Below are positions 23,541 to 34,758 of a stretch of 45,088 nucleotides of DNA, piece by piece. Both the position numbers and the translations under genes were made by a program. Position 1 is the first letter of the stretch. Each line of letters starts with the position of its first letter. The notes beneath the pieces were generated by a model. That model was not told where the DNA came from and ran no database searches. It saw only the letters and a list, made by a program, of their open reading frames with translations. This DNA is from Octopus bimaculoides (lineage: Eukaryota), in contig NC_068982.1 of assembly GCF_001194135.2 (NCBI RefSeq), forward strand, positions 103,284,520 to 103,329,607, written 5' to 3'.

Positions 23541-23832
23541 TCTGTATATATATTTATTAATTCATAAAAGAATATAAGGATAAAAAATCATGATTTTTAT
23601 CAAGTAGTCAGCATGCTCTGTGTATTGTGTTGATAAAAGAAAAAAGTTTATTTTTTGCTTTAATCCAGAAATTAGAACCAATTCACAATTAATGTGTGGT
23701 CTTTTTAATTTTCTCTCACTAGCCCGCTTTCAGCCATGTGTATATTTAGCTGGAGTTTTTGAAGGTATTGGCACTTCAAGCATGCTGGAGACAGGTCGTT
23801 TTCACACTATCTCCCTTGATATAATTAAATAA

Positions 23833-23836
<4 letters not shown>

Positions 23837-23898
<62 letters not shown>
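23837..23898. repeat. (TA)n microsatellite
   Basis: Direct reading. Confidence 0.99.
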
Positions 23899-23902
<4 letters not shown>

Positions 23903-24541
23903 AATGCTTGTTCTTGTGTATAGTTATATATAAAACAGTAAAACATTAACCTTTTTCTTCCTATATTTCTATTGAAATACAGTACTTCATTTCAACTAAT
24001 TTTGAAAAATAATGAAGTATGTTGTAAAACAGTTCAAATGCTTTTGATCTGTGTCAGCATAATATAATAAAGTATTCCCCTGAAAAATCATTGCGGATCT
24101 GTACCTAACATCCACTGCAGCAGATGCAAATATCCACAATAATAAAACATGTAGGGAACAAGTGATATAAATTGCACCTTATGTTTATATTTTTTCTTAT
24201 ATTTGCTTTGAATACCATAACTGGTAATACTACTAAGCACAGTAGTAGCTACACCACTTTGCTTAAAGTGAGCTGGATGATGATACTCTACACAGAGCTC
24301 TTTGATTTGGTTCTGTTTGATCAAATATACTAGCTTGGTGCTCTTAAATTGGATTAAGTGTACTATCCAAGAGTTCAGACCATAGAGAACTAGAACAAAT
24401 ACATGCGGCATCTTTTCCAATTCTGCCAATCACTCTAGATCTTAAATTTGATACAGTATACTGTCTTTAAGTAGAATGAAGAACTATAACATGATTATAA
24501 ACTTGCATTACATTGGCAAACTTTTGGATCATGCACTAGCC

Positions 24542-24553
24542 TATTATTATTAA

Positions 24554-24595
<42 letters not shown>
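24542..24595. repeat. (TAT)n microsatellite
   Basis: Direct reading. Confidence 0.98.
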
Positions 24596-24596
<1 letters not shown>

Positions 24597-24859
24597 CTGC
24601 ATTTCATTTTATGATTAGTTTTCTGATTTTTATATTTTGAACAACAGAATCTGTAAAAAAAAAATTTTGGCCAAAACGTATTTCATGATATTTTCTTCAG
24701 CAAAAAAACTTTTCAAAATCTATCGTTTTGTCTGAACTGTTTTGTAACAATTCAAAATGGCTACCTAATGAATGGCAATATTAAACGAACGTTGTTATGT
24801 AGTTTTAACGACAGAATTGTATTATAGCCTAATGACAAGCTGCGTATGTGTGTGTGTGT

Positions 24860-25012
24860 GTTCATTTCGTCTGTCTTTACATTCTGATTTCAAATTCCGC
24901 CGAGGTCGATAAATTAAGTACTAGTTGCGTACTGGAGATCGATCTAATCGACTGACCCCTCCCCACAAATTTCAGGCCTTGTGCTTAGCGTAGAAAAGAT
25001 TATTATTATTAA
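24860..25012 (+). mobile_element. SINE family B (CpG-retaining)
   Basis: TTCAAATTCCGCCGAGGTCGATAAATTAAGTACTAGTTGCG...TTTCAGGCCTTGTGCTTAGCGTAGAAAAG(ATT)n. Confidence 0.88.
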
Positions 25013-25069
25013 TAATCGGCTGAAGTGATAGAGTGACTCAAGGGGGGGGGGAGAGCTTCGTGCATTGAC

Positions 25070-25225
25070 ACTTGTTAGACACAAAGCCTGAAATTCTGCA
25101 AGGTGAGGGTAGGTCGATTACATCAACCTCAGTGCTCAACTGGTACTTATTTTATCGACCCCGAAAAAATGAAAGGCAAAGTCGACTTCGACGGAATTTG
25201 AACTCAGTACATAAAGCCGGATCAC
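25070..25225 (-). mobile_element. SINE family B (CpG-retaining), tail-to-tail with the previous copy
   Basis: CTGGTACTTATTTTATCGACCCCGAAAAAATGAAAGGCAAAGTCGACTTCGACGGAATTTGAACTCAG. Confidence 0.88.
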
Positions 25226-26486
25226 GATTATTATCTTTTTTTTTTTTTTACAGGAAAAGAGCATTATTTTATTAAACATTATTTTCTTTTCATAATTTTC
25301 TTTTATACATCGATTGTTGCATATTCAAAAGCATACTTAATTACATAAATATTCCACATTAAAATGTATATCCTAAACAGAAGAAAATGTAATCATGAAC
25401 GAAGAAAGAAAAGAAAAGAAAAAAATCTCCACACTAAGTGCACGCGCACTATAAGGATCAACGAGATTTATTGAACACACTCGCGGTATTACCGTGGACG
25501 ATGTAAGGTTAACGCATTGGAACAGACAAGCATTCTAACTGGTATTAATAATTAAAGAATATATTCAGTATATATAATACTCATGTTTCGGGTTATATTT
25601 TCCTGTTTGTATCATCAAACTGACGGTGTTATTAGAGATATTCTAATGGTAAAAAAAAAGACAATGTCTACAATATGCGTTTGTCTAACTCTCTAAAAAT
25701 CATTCATTGTCGAGAATGGGTGTTACTCTGTCTCCCTAAATGCCATTGCCTAATAAGCAGTCGTAAATCCTCAAACCTCAATCAGCTTTTGATTAAAAAA
25801 AATTCTTCGTAGTTGCAAAAGGCTTGTTCTATAGTAAATACAAAAAAAATCAACATTTACACACAAAAAAAAAAGCTTATTTTGATTATGAAGAAATGAC
25901 ATTTTCCTATTATCAAATCCTGAACATAAACCGATTTGACTTGAAACGAAAATGTTTGTAGAGTTGCTGGAAGTTTATCTTATCGTGCAGTACCCACCGA
26001 ATTGTTTTTTTTTCTTCAGTATGTAGTAAATATAATCAACTTCAGATGGAAAGTATACATTTGCGAATGTATGGCGGGCTTTGAACACATAAGTGTAGGC
26101 TCAAAATTAAATAGATAACTTACCCACCCCCTTAGGACATAACTTATAGGACTACGAGAGATTTATGATCCCTAATTTCTATCTCGAAAACGACTGGTAG
26201 AAATAACAGCAAAATCCCTATAAATCGCATCAAGCCGTCTAAACGAAGGACATAGATAACGAGCCTTAGACATGTCGGATAAAAGACGAAGTGGTTAGAC
26301 TTGGCAGAATCAAGAAAAACACAAAAAAAAACCACATGGAAACGTAATAGATTTAATATTTTTTGTTTCATTGTTTTATTTAAAGAAGGAAACGTAATTT
26401 TTTCGCATACGAATGCCATTATGTAAATTGTATTGTCACCGTATCTAAGTCATGTATTCAAAATATCTGTTTAATGTTTGAAAAAT

Positions 26487-27539
26487 CTAAAAGAACAATC
26501 TTTTTCCCGAATCACAAGAGTCAATCGTGGTCAGTGCTTATTCCCGGTGCTCATAATATTAAACGGATGGCAAGCATTGCTTTGTATAGGATTCTTGTCT
26601 ACCACCGCTAGATTTTTTTCTGTGAAGAAGGCGGGTTTGAACTCATCAATTCTACAGAGAAATACCTATTGTTGTAACCCATTTAAGTATACTGAAAAAA
26701 TTCAAGTGTCATGACCTCGGGTGATGCATTTGCGGTAACATGATCCTAATCTTTGATCTAGTTTATTTTCTCTGCTACACGAACAAATTAACTTCAAAAT
26801 TTCCCCTCTAATAAAGAAACTCGAGTCTCATGCCTATACAGAATAGAAGGTAGTTGTAAAGCCCAGACCAAGCCTGATCGACGGATTCGTGTAAGATGAA
26901 GGCAAAAATAGTTACAAAAAGGTTAAAGAACATCGTTACATTTCATGTACATATCAAATAATGAAATAATTAATTTGCCGTAAATTATTGTATGAGTAGT
27001 TATAAATATATACGGAAATTTTACGGCAAACTATTATTTGTTTAATTATTTCATTATTTGACATGTATATGAAATGTAACGATTTTCTCTAACCCGTATT
27101 ATGCCTTTTTGTAACATTATTTTTGCCTTCGTCCAACACTATCTGCTTGATCAGGGGTTTACAACTGCTTACAGGCATGAGACTCGAGTTTCTTTATTAG
27201 AGGGGGAAATGTGAAGTTAATTTGTTCATGTAGCAAAGTAAAGGAATTAGATCGAAGAGTTGTTTCACTTAACTTTTAATAGTAGTCTACTTAAATAGGT
27301 TACTACAAGAGGTATTTCTCTGCCGCAAGCAGTGATAACATTGTACAATTGATGAGTAATTCGTTAGTTTATGTACTAAGTTCAAACCCGCCACCTTCGT
27401 AGAAAAAAAAACATCTATTGGTGATAGACCAGAATCCTGTACAAAGCAATACTTGCCATCCATGTAATATTATGAGCACCGGGAATAAGCACTGACCACT
27501 ATTGACTCTTGTGATTCGAGAAAAAGATTGTTCTTTTAG
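26487..27539. repeat. ~1.05-kb imperfect palindrome (foldback structure) centred near 27002
   Basis: Nested inverted blocks: CTAAAAGAACAATCTTTTTCCCGAATCACAAGAG/CTCTTGTGATTCGAGAAAAAGATTGTTCTTTTAG; TAATAAAGAAACTCGAGTCTCATGCCT/AGGCATGAGACTCGAGTTTCTTTATTA; TCAAATAATGAAATAATTAA/TTAATTATTTCATTATTTGA; TTTGCCGTAAA (26974-26984)/TTTACGGCAAA (27020-27030). Confidence 0.92.
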
Positions 27540-27563
27540 CAATGGAAACTGGTTTCAATCTGA

Positions 27564-27642
27564 TAAAGTAATGAATCAAATATCTATAATTGGTTAACAC
27601 AATGTAACTTCACCAATTATAGATATTCAGTTCATTACTTTA
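27564..27642. repeat. 79-nt hairpin with 31-nt arms and 17-nt loop
   Basis: TAAAGTAATGAATCAAATATCTATAATTGGT ... ACCAATTATAGATATTCAGTTCATTACTTTA: 28 Watson-Crick pairs, one G-U and two mismatches on the + strand. Confidence 0.9.
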
Positions 27643-28512
27643 AATGAATTAAAATTCGAAATTCTTCTTATCAAACCCCAGCTTAATTGTAAACACAATA
27701 TTTTGACAGACAGGTAACCGTCGAAGGGTTAAAATAATTTCTCGATGATAATTCAGAACTCGATTCCAGTTTCTGTTTGGAAATATTCTGTATCTCTTAT
27801 GTCCCTGAAAAATGCAAGAATATCATTATATTCCATTCTCTTTTCCTTAAATTATTTACCCAAGCCAGGAAAAACATCTGGGTTGTCATTTCATGGATGA
27901 TGGGAAAAGGCGCGATAGACTCTCACTTCGCTCTTGGGCTTGAGGCAGATGCCTAGTATGGGACACCACTTCGCTTCGTCTTGTAATGGAGGTGGGCGTC
28001 ACTGCAGTCATAAATGAGCGAAAGAAAGTACTCAAATACTATAATCTGTCGATAGAACTCATAGCTTTTTAAACAATGGTGGATTTGGAGGAGGTTTTTT
28101 TTCTTTTTTTTTTGACATTGTTTTAGTGTCCGCCTCATTGAAACATCAAATGATGTCCGGAATGTGTCTGGATGTACCAGCATCTCAACGTGGCGATTAC
28201 CTGCAGTTAGTTATACTGCCAGTTTTCCCTGGCGTAATGTGCAATGAATTCGAGTGTGCATGCTTCTATTTTGATCATTTATGGAGATCCTTTTTCTTTC
28301 TTTAGTTTCAGGATAATATTCATTTAATCACTTGGATCCCATTTACTTAGAACTCTTTCAGAATAAATTAAATAAATAATATTTTATATATTGTGAAAGA
28401 TAAAATGTTTAACATTTTATTTTATTTGTCTTGTTAGTGTCAAATATATAAGTTTGCCTCGTCGCTTATTCCGATTGTTTACAAAATAAACCTCTCCGAA
28501 ACCTCGTGGTTG

Positions 28513-28523
28513 ATTGGCGCGAA
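28513..28523 (-). promoter_or_regulatory. Overlapping CCAAT box and E2F-like site
   Basis: Plus ATTGGCGCGAA = minus TTCGCGCCAAT, about 580 bp upstream of the RNASEH2A ATG in a CpG-retaining region. Confidence 0.45.
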
Positions 28524-29023
28524 CATTAAGCCGGCGCACAATCAGCTGTCTACTATTTAGTTTGATCCTACGGTTCAAATTGATATAATTGAAATAAAAA
28601 AAAGAAAAGATTTTTAAAAATCTGTTCTTGATACAAGAGGGTACTTTGAACTGATATAGCTACAGAAATGCAACAGTATATTCTTCGATCTAGAAAGTAT
28701 TTTAACTACAAGCTATGCTGATAGTTGAAATAAAAACAATATTATGAATATAGCCTGACGTAACTGGTCGATAAAAATCGTTGCGTTGGCATTAACTCCG
28801 TGCAGCTGTGCAGTTCTTATTGATATATTGAGTTGTTTTATCGTTAAAATAATATGTAATCATCAGGAGTTTGAAAAAACAGATTTAGAAATAAAATTAG
28901 TTATTTGAATTTGCTTGGATGCATTATTTTCATGTCTTTATTTAAATCCATACAAGCACAGAATTTTTTTTGTAGACAAGTTTTAAGTTTACACCGCTCT
29001 AATTTCCTCAGTTGCAATTTTCA

Positions 29024-29038
29024 GGCGGGAAATTGAAA
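29024..29038 (+). promoter_or_regulatory. Canonical E2F site with adjacent CHR-like element
   Basis: GGCGGGAAA (reverse complement TTTCCCGCC) at 29024-29032 followed by TTGAAA, ending 70 bp before the ATG of an S-phase gene. Confidence 0.6.
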
Positions 29039-29101
29039 AGAAAAAGTGATATTAAAACTTTAAGAATTAATTCGTCATAAGGTATTAACATACACGCAGC
29101 A

Positions 29102-29228
29102 ATGGATCACTCTGGATTTAGAAAAAACAATCAAAAGAACTTTGTAATTAGCTCTAAAGTACCTGATGTAACGAAAGAAAAACCGTGTTGGCTTGGAATA
29201 GATGAAGCTGGGAGAGGCCCGGTTCTAG
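29102..29228 (+). CDS. RNASEH2A: Ribonuclease H2 subunit A, coding exon 1 (42 codons + 1 nt)
   Basis: [43 protein letters not shown] with the RNase HII/H2A motif G(I/V)[10 protein letters not shown] (D34,E35). N-terminal extension is eukaryotic-type. Start context GCAATGG; phase-1 donor G|GTATGT at 29229. Confidence 0.95.
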
Positions 29229-29508
29229 GTATGTCAGCACAACAGTTGTTTGATGTCATTCTTATTAACGTTTTCTTCGTCTTATTTGGTCATAGTTCTG
29301 TTGGAACATATATGTGTTGTGATTTAGATACTCTTTATAATATTTAGAAATTTTCTCCGTAAATTATGTGATTAAATTTTTCGTTGTATATAAATCGAAT
29401 TGAGCATTGATTTATAAATTGGAGCCCTCTCCCCCCGTTTTTACAAACTGGATAGGGGAAAAGATAAATCAATTGGTTAGACTTTTATGTATTAACGGCA
29501 TTTACTTT

Positions 29509-29774
29509 GTTACTACAAGAGGTATTTCTCTGCTGCAAGCAGTGATAACATTGTCCAATTGATGAGTAATTCGTTAGTTTATGTGCTAAGTTCAAGCTCG
29601 CCACCTTCCTAGAAAAAAATATCTATTGGCCGTAATCAGAATCCTGTACAAAGCAATACTTGCCATCCATGTAATATTATGAGCACCGGGAATAAGCACT
29701 GACCACTATTGACTCTTGTGATTCGAGAAAAAGATTGTTCTTTTAGCAATGGAAACTGGTTTCAATCTGATAAA
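29509..29774 (+). repeat. Direct copy of 27299-27567 (right arm of the foldback plus 28 bp) inside RNASEH2A intron 1
   Basis: GTTACTACAAGAGGTATTTCTCTG ... CAATGGAAACTGGTTTCAATCTGATAAA in both; offset about 2207 bp. Confidence 0.95.
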
Positions 29775-30904
29775 ATTTACTTTGGAAAAGTCAATAAATA
29801 ACGCATTTGTCTGGAATAAAAAGGCGAAGTAAAAACAATGTTGAAACTACAGTACGTAATGCACAAAAAACAAACAAACAAACAAAACTGTTGAAATGCA
29901 TTTTCTAACTGCGAATAGATTTTCACTTAATTGCAAGTATCTGCAGTTTTTCACTCTTATTTTAATGGGTTGAAGTAAATAAGCAGAAACAGTATTTAAA
30001 TATTTAAAAACAAATATATAAAATTCTTGAATACTAAGTCGCATATCCTCAATTTTTGTAAAGGTTGACCATAAAAACATGTACCTGATAAAATGAAAAT
30101 TTAATTTTAATAGCGGGTGTGCGAGCGTCGTTTTGGAAAACCAAACAAGTCACTCTATCTTAGGATACTTTATGCATGGAGAACATGTAGTCAAATAGGA
30201 TAATGTAGTGAGTTGAAAAATTTTGTTAAAATTATACTACGAGAAAAATAGAGAAATAATGGCTGGGGTAGTTGAGGCTGGGAACGCAGATAACCAGTTA
30301 TGCCTACTGCATAAAAAGTTAATAAGAAAGTATATTTTGGCATAGTTGATGTAGTAAACTAAGAATTATAAACTTTCACTCTTAGCGACAAGAACACTTA
30401 TTATCTGATTGATTCTGGTCAAAACAAGTAAGGGAGACAGGCATAACTACAGGGACATCCCGGTATATGAATTAGGCTGCTGTTGGAAGTGAGTCTTATC
30501 TTTAGCAATGTGGTGACAGTTCTAAGCCCTGTCAGCAAAGTATAATCAATCAGTTTTAATGATTAATTCTTATCAAGAAAGACAAGGGAACAACTACAAA
30601 ATTCATCTTAAAAACTGAATGAAGTCCTGCTGGATGTAACAAATCTGATATCTGGTAAGTGTGGTGATAAATTCTGGACATGTTTCATCTAATCAGAGCT
30701 TCCTTCAACAAAGCATAATTTAACCAGTACTTGGCAGTTCCTGGACGACTGAGAGAATAAAGATTTTAAGTGATTAAACATTCACTGAATAGGCAATCTG
30801 AAATAATGACTGGGGGAAATTTTCCATGGATGTTTTCTGTATTAAGAACATATAGTTGGATTGGTGTAAGTAAGTACTATCTTCAGTTCTAGGACTCTTT
30901 GGGC

Positions 30905-31100
30905 TAGTTACCATGGTATATAAGTGACCAAGATCTCAGCATTTCCTCTGAATAGGACCCCAGTCCATTACAAGGTTATTTATTTACAGCTGAGTGGACT
31001 GGAGTAATGTGAAATGAAGTGTTTTGCTCAAGAACACAATACTCCCCAATTCAGGAAGCAAAACCATGTTCTTGTGATTGTGAGTGTAGCACCCTAACCA
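30905..31100 (-). mobile_element. tRNA-derived SINE family C (CORE-like central domain)
   Basis: Minus strand TGTGTTCTTGAGCAAAACACTTCATTTCACATTACTCCAGTCCACTCAGCTG; homologous to 37513-37640. Confidence 0.7.
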
Positions 31101-31199
31101 CAAACCACATGCCTTCACTTGGGTGTTAACATACATAATTAATTTGGCACAGTAACATTAGCTAACTGTTTCAAAGATAATTCATGACTAATTTGTTAG

Positions 31200-33960
31200 C
31201 TTGCTGTCTTATTAGCTGTTGATGTGGTATTATAGTTTAGAGAAGAGTAGGCATTGCCACTCTGATTTGTCTTTGATATCCTGCATAGAAATGAAGTTTT
31301 GAATGATGCTTACAACCCAATGCTTTAAGTAACTCCTCACAAAAATGAAATTGATATCAAATTTATGTCTGGTAAATATTCTCTTTGAGTGAAGAAAAAT
31401 GTCTTAATTTTTTTCTCTGAATCCTCAGAGTTGACTACATTTTCTAATTTGAAAACAGCAGTAGATATTTTGGTCCATAATTTTGTTTTTTCAGCAATTT
31501 GTTGCAATGATTTGAACTAGCTAAAGAATATACTTTACTGCACTATTTGTATAAGCACATCAGCACCACCACTCAGGGCTGTTTCCTGTCCCCTAAACTA
31601 CTGGCAAGACACAGCTTTTTGACATCCTTAGGACTGCATCCAGGAAAACACTGGTGATTTCAATTACTCAGAGATTGATTGGGAATCCTTTCACTGGCTG
31701 CAAAGCACAAATGATTTTCTTGACATAGTACTGGATTCATACAGGTCTCAAGCAGTCACCTCCACCACAAGAGGTAACATCACTTTGGATCTGTTCACCA
31801 TTGCTCCTGAAGCTGTTATCAGCATAACTGTCAGAAAACTTTTAGGCAACTCTGACTGCACTATGATCATTGCCAATCAGTCTCTTGTGGGTAGAAAGAA
31901 ATCCACCATCCCTCTAGACTGCTTGCTTTTATAGGAAGCCTTAATGTACTGAATTACGCACCCAAACTGCTTGCATTTCATGATTCTAGAGATATCAGCA
32001 CACCCTTAATTTAATCTGAGTCGTATGCAGAATATCTACTGCTTAAACACATTAGAGACCCCAAACATGCAATATGGGAGATCGCAGCAGTCCATCTTGA
32101 CAGGAAAGAATAAAGGATGCTGAACATGAATTCAGATTACACAGAACAAGATAATAGAAGGTGCAACAGAGTGTCCAACCATATTAAGCAGGTGACTAAA
32201 AAAGGCAATACTTGAACAACATATAGCAATCTATCCAGATAATAAAGTGTTTTGGAAATGTGTGCATTCAGAAGAGAGGCCTCATTCTCTAGTTGGCCCT
32301 TTTTGTAATCCCCACACAGGTCAGATTAATGGTCCCAAAGAATGTGCAGAACTTATTGGCTGAATGTTATGCTGGCATTTTTATTGTTTAAAATTCAAAT
32401 TCCAAAACATTTGTTGCATTTACTCCTGCAATACTGCACAAATGTATGCACAACTATGCCTCCCCTGGTTTTGATGGGCACTTCCTGCTAACTAGCTTTC
32501 ACTACTTTTCAACTTCACTTTCATAGCTGTGTTACCCTGGAACAGTGGAAAATTACCAGTATTATTTATCCCCCTGTTCTAAAACTGAGCACAAATCACC
32601 TGTTAAGTACCATCCAGTCAGTCTCACAATCTATATTGCCAAGTTAATGGAGTCCTGTATTCGGATGACTCTTGAATCTCTGGAACTCTCATAACCTTAT
32701 TCATCCCTCATTGAATTTATCTCCAACTTCATCTGCTGCAGCCAACTCAACAAATTTCTTGAAAACATCACCTGAATAATAGTTGGCAGCTCATGGATGG
32801 ATGTTATCTGTCTCCACTTCACCAAAACCTTATTGGGAAATTTTCTGCAGTGGGTAAGGAAGGCCAATCTTTATAACTGGTCGAAATCCTTCGTTCTAGG
32901 TTGAAAAGAGGTAGTCATTATACTAGGACGACATTCTACAGCTTTTGTGATGACATACGGTTTCCTCACAGAGTCCTGTCTCTGTTGCCTGTTATTTGTT
33001 GCATACATTAATCAAATAGATGCTGATTTGAAACATGTTACTGTGTTAAAATATGCAGATAATATTAAGCTGTACCTTGCAGCAACAAGAACAAATCTTT
33101 CCTGCTGTCTTACCTGGACACAGTGCAGCAATGAATTACTGACTGGCATCTCAAGTTCGCTGTAGTGTATAGTGCCCCACTATAGATTTTTGGAGGAAAA
33201 TCCTAGAATCTACTTACTCCCTCTACAATGCCAATCTTAAACAGTCTGCTGGTGAACATGACCTAGGCATTATTATCATTAATAATCTGTGTTGGACAAA
33301 CCACGTTTCTAAAATTGAGTGACTCATCAGCTGCCTATTTATCATCATCATCATTGTTGTCGTTTAACGTCCACTTTCCATGCTGGCATGGGTTGGATGG
33401 TTTGACTGAGGACTGGCAAACCAGAAGTGGGTGCTTTTTATGTGCCACTGGCATGAGGACCAGTCAGGCGATACTGGCATTAACCACACTTGAATGGTGC
33501 TTTTTATGTGCCACTGGCACGGGAGCCAGTCAAGCGGTACTGGCATCGGCCACGACAATGACTTCACTTGACTCAACAGGTCTTCGCAAGCACAGTTTAT
33601 TGCCCACTGATTGAAAGGTGCTCTTAAATGGGCTGGTTATGTTGCACTGGCATATTTAAAGCTATATATTTATATATGGATATGGTACGTCCACATTTAG
33701 AATTTGCATCTCCACTCTGGAATCCTGACCTTGTGCAGAGTATTGGTCTATTTGAAGCTGTGCAACCAGATGAATACTCTCTGTCAGTCACTTAAAATAT
33801 CTTGAATGTATTGCTTCTCTGTGCATTGATGTCCTAATGTTTGACATTAGCTGCTGACTTGGTAGAAGGCTATAAGATTATTCACCATCTTTCTGACAAC
33901 TTTGGCCATCTTTTTGAATTCAGTATCTCTATACTTATGGACATGCTTATAAAATCCCCA
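31200..33960 (+). mobile_element. CR1-clade LINE ORF2 remnant (endonuclease plus RT), heavily decayed
   Basis: QAVTSTTRGNITLDLF, LGNSD (APE endonuclease); HPVSLTIYIAKLMES, MDVICLHF, LLFVAYIN..KYADNIKLY (YADD region), DLGIIIINNLCWTNHVSKI, MVRPHLEFASPLWNP, DLVEGYKII. 5' boundary uncertain. Confidence 0.88.
33341..33652 (-). mobile_element. RTE 3' UTR fragment inserted antisense into the CR1 remnant
   Basis: (ATC)n-TTTAACGTCCACTTTCCATGCTGGCATGGGTTGGATGGTTTGAC; CR1 protein similarity resumes right after 33652. Confidence 0.88.
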
Positions 33961-34332
33961 AATCTCAGTACCCATGACTTTTGGAAATGTTTTTTTCTTG
34001 CTCAGAATTGTTGAAGCATGGAATAAACTACCTGTGTCAGTATTTAGCTGTCAGGACACAGCATCCATCTAAAATTCCATGCTTCCTTAAATTTGCTGGC
34101 TCTCCCCTTGACGTGCCTATGCAACCCTTTCGTCTTGTTGGCTCTTTTGCTATTCACTTTTCTGTCTTTTAGTACTTTGTTCTGTATTCAGTACATGTAC
34201 TTCTGGCTTTCATTGTTGTCTTTCTTTGCTTGACTTATATGTTTACCTTCTCTCTTCTCTTTTAACCTTTTCCTACAGTTTGTAGTGCACATGAGCACAG
34301 TATACAATAAGCTCATTATTATTATTATGGTT

Positions 34333-34552
34333 AAGGTGGTGACCTGGCAGAATTGTCAGCATGCTGGACGAAATGCTTAGCAGTATTTCGCCTGTTGCTA
34401 TATCTGAGTTCAAATTCCATTGAGGTCAGCTTTGCCTTTCATCCTTTCGGGGTTGATAAATTAAATACCATTTGAGTACTGGGGTTGATGTAATCAACTA
34501 TCTCCCTCCCCCAAATTTCAGGCCTTGTGCCTATAATAGAAATGATTATTAT
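34333..34552 (+). mobile_element. SINE family B, full length
   Basis: AAGGTGGTGACCTGGCAGAATT (A box) ... GAGTTCAAATTCC (B box) ... GCCTTGTGCCTATAATAGAAATG(ATT)n. Confidence 0.9.
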
Positions 34553-34758
34553 TATGATTTAACACCACCACCACCACCATCTGTTCTAGCTCTTTGCAGT
34601 CTAATAGCTACAGTTGCATGACACTGGTGCCAATCAATATTGGCCAAAGTCAGTAGCCTTTGTCTTGAATAAACCTCAGTGTCATAGAAAGGACTGATTT
34701 GCATGCATGAGCAACTTGTCTTCTGGATTTTTTCACTTTGCCCAGGTTTGCATATTTA

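Noticed and set aside
24088-24429. 113-aa minus-strand ORF
   Set aside because: Non-ATG start, no recognisable domain, no convincing exon boundaries.
29229-29347. Extension of the RNASEH2A ORF past VLG (MSAQQLF...)
   Set aside because: Similarity ends at the GTATGT donor; the rest is intron read-through.
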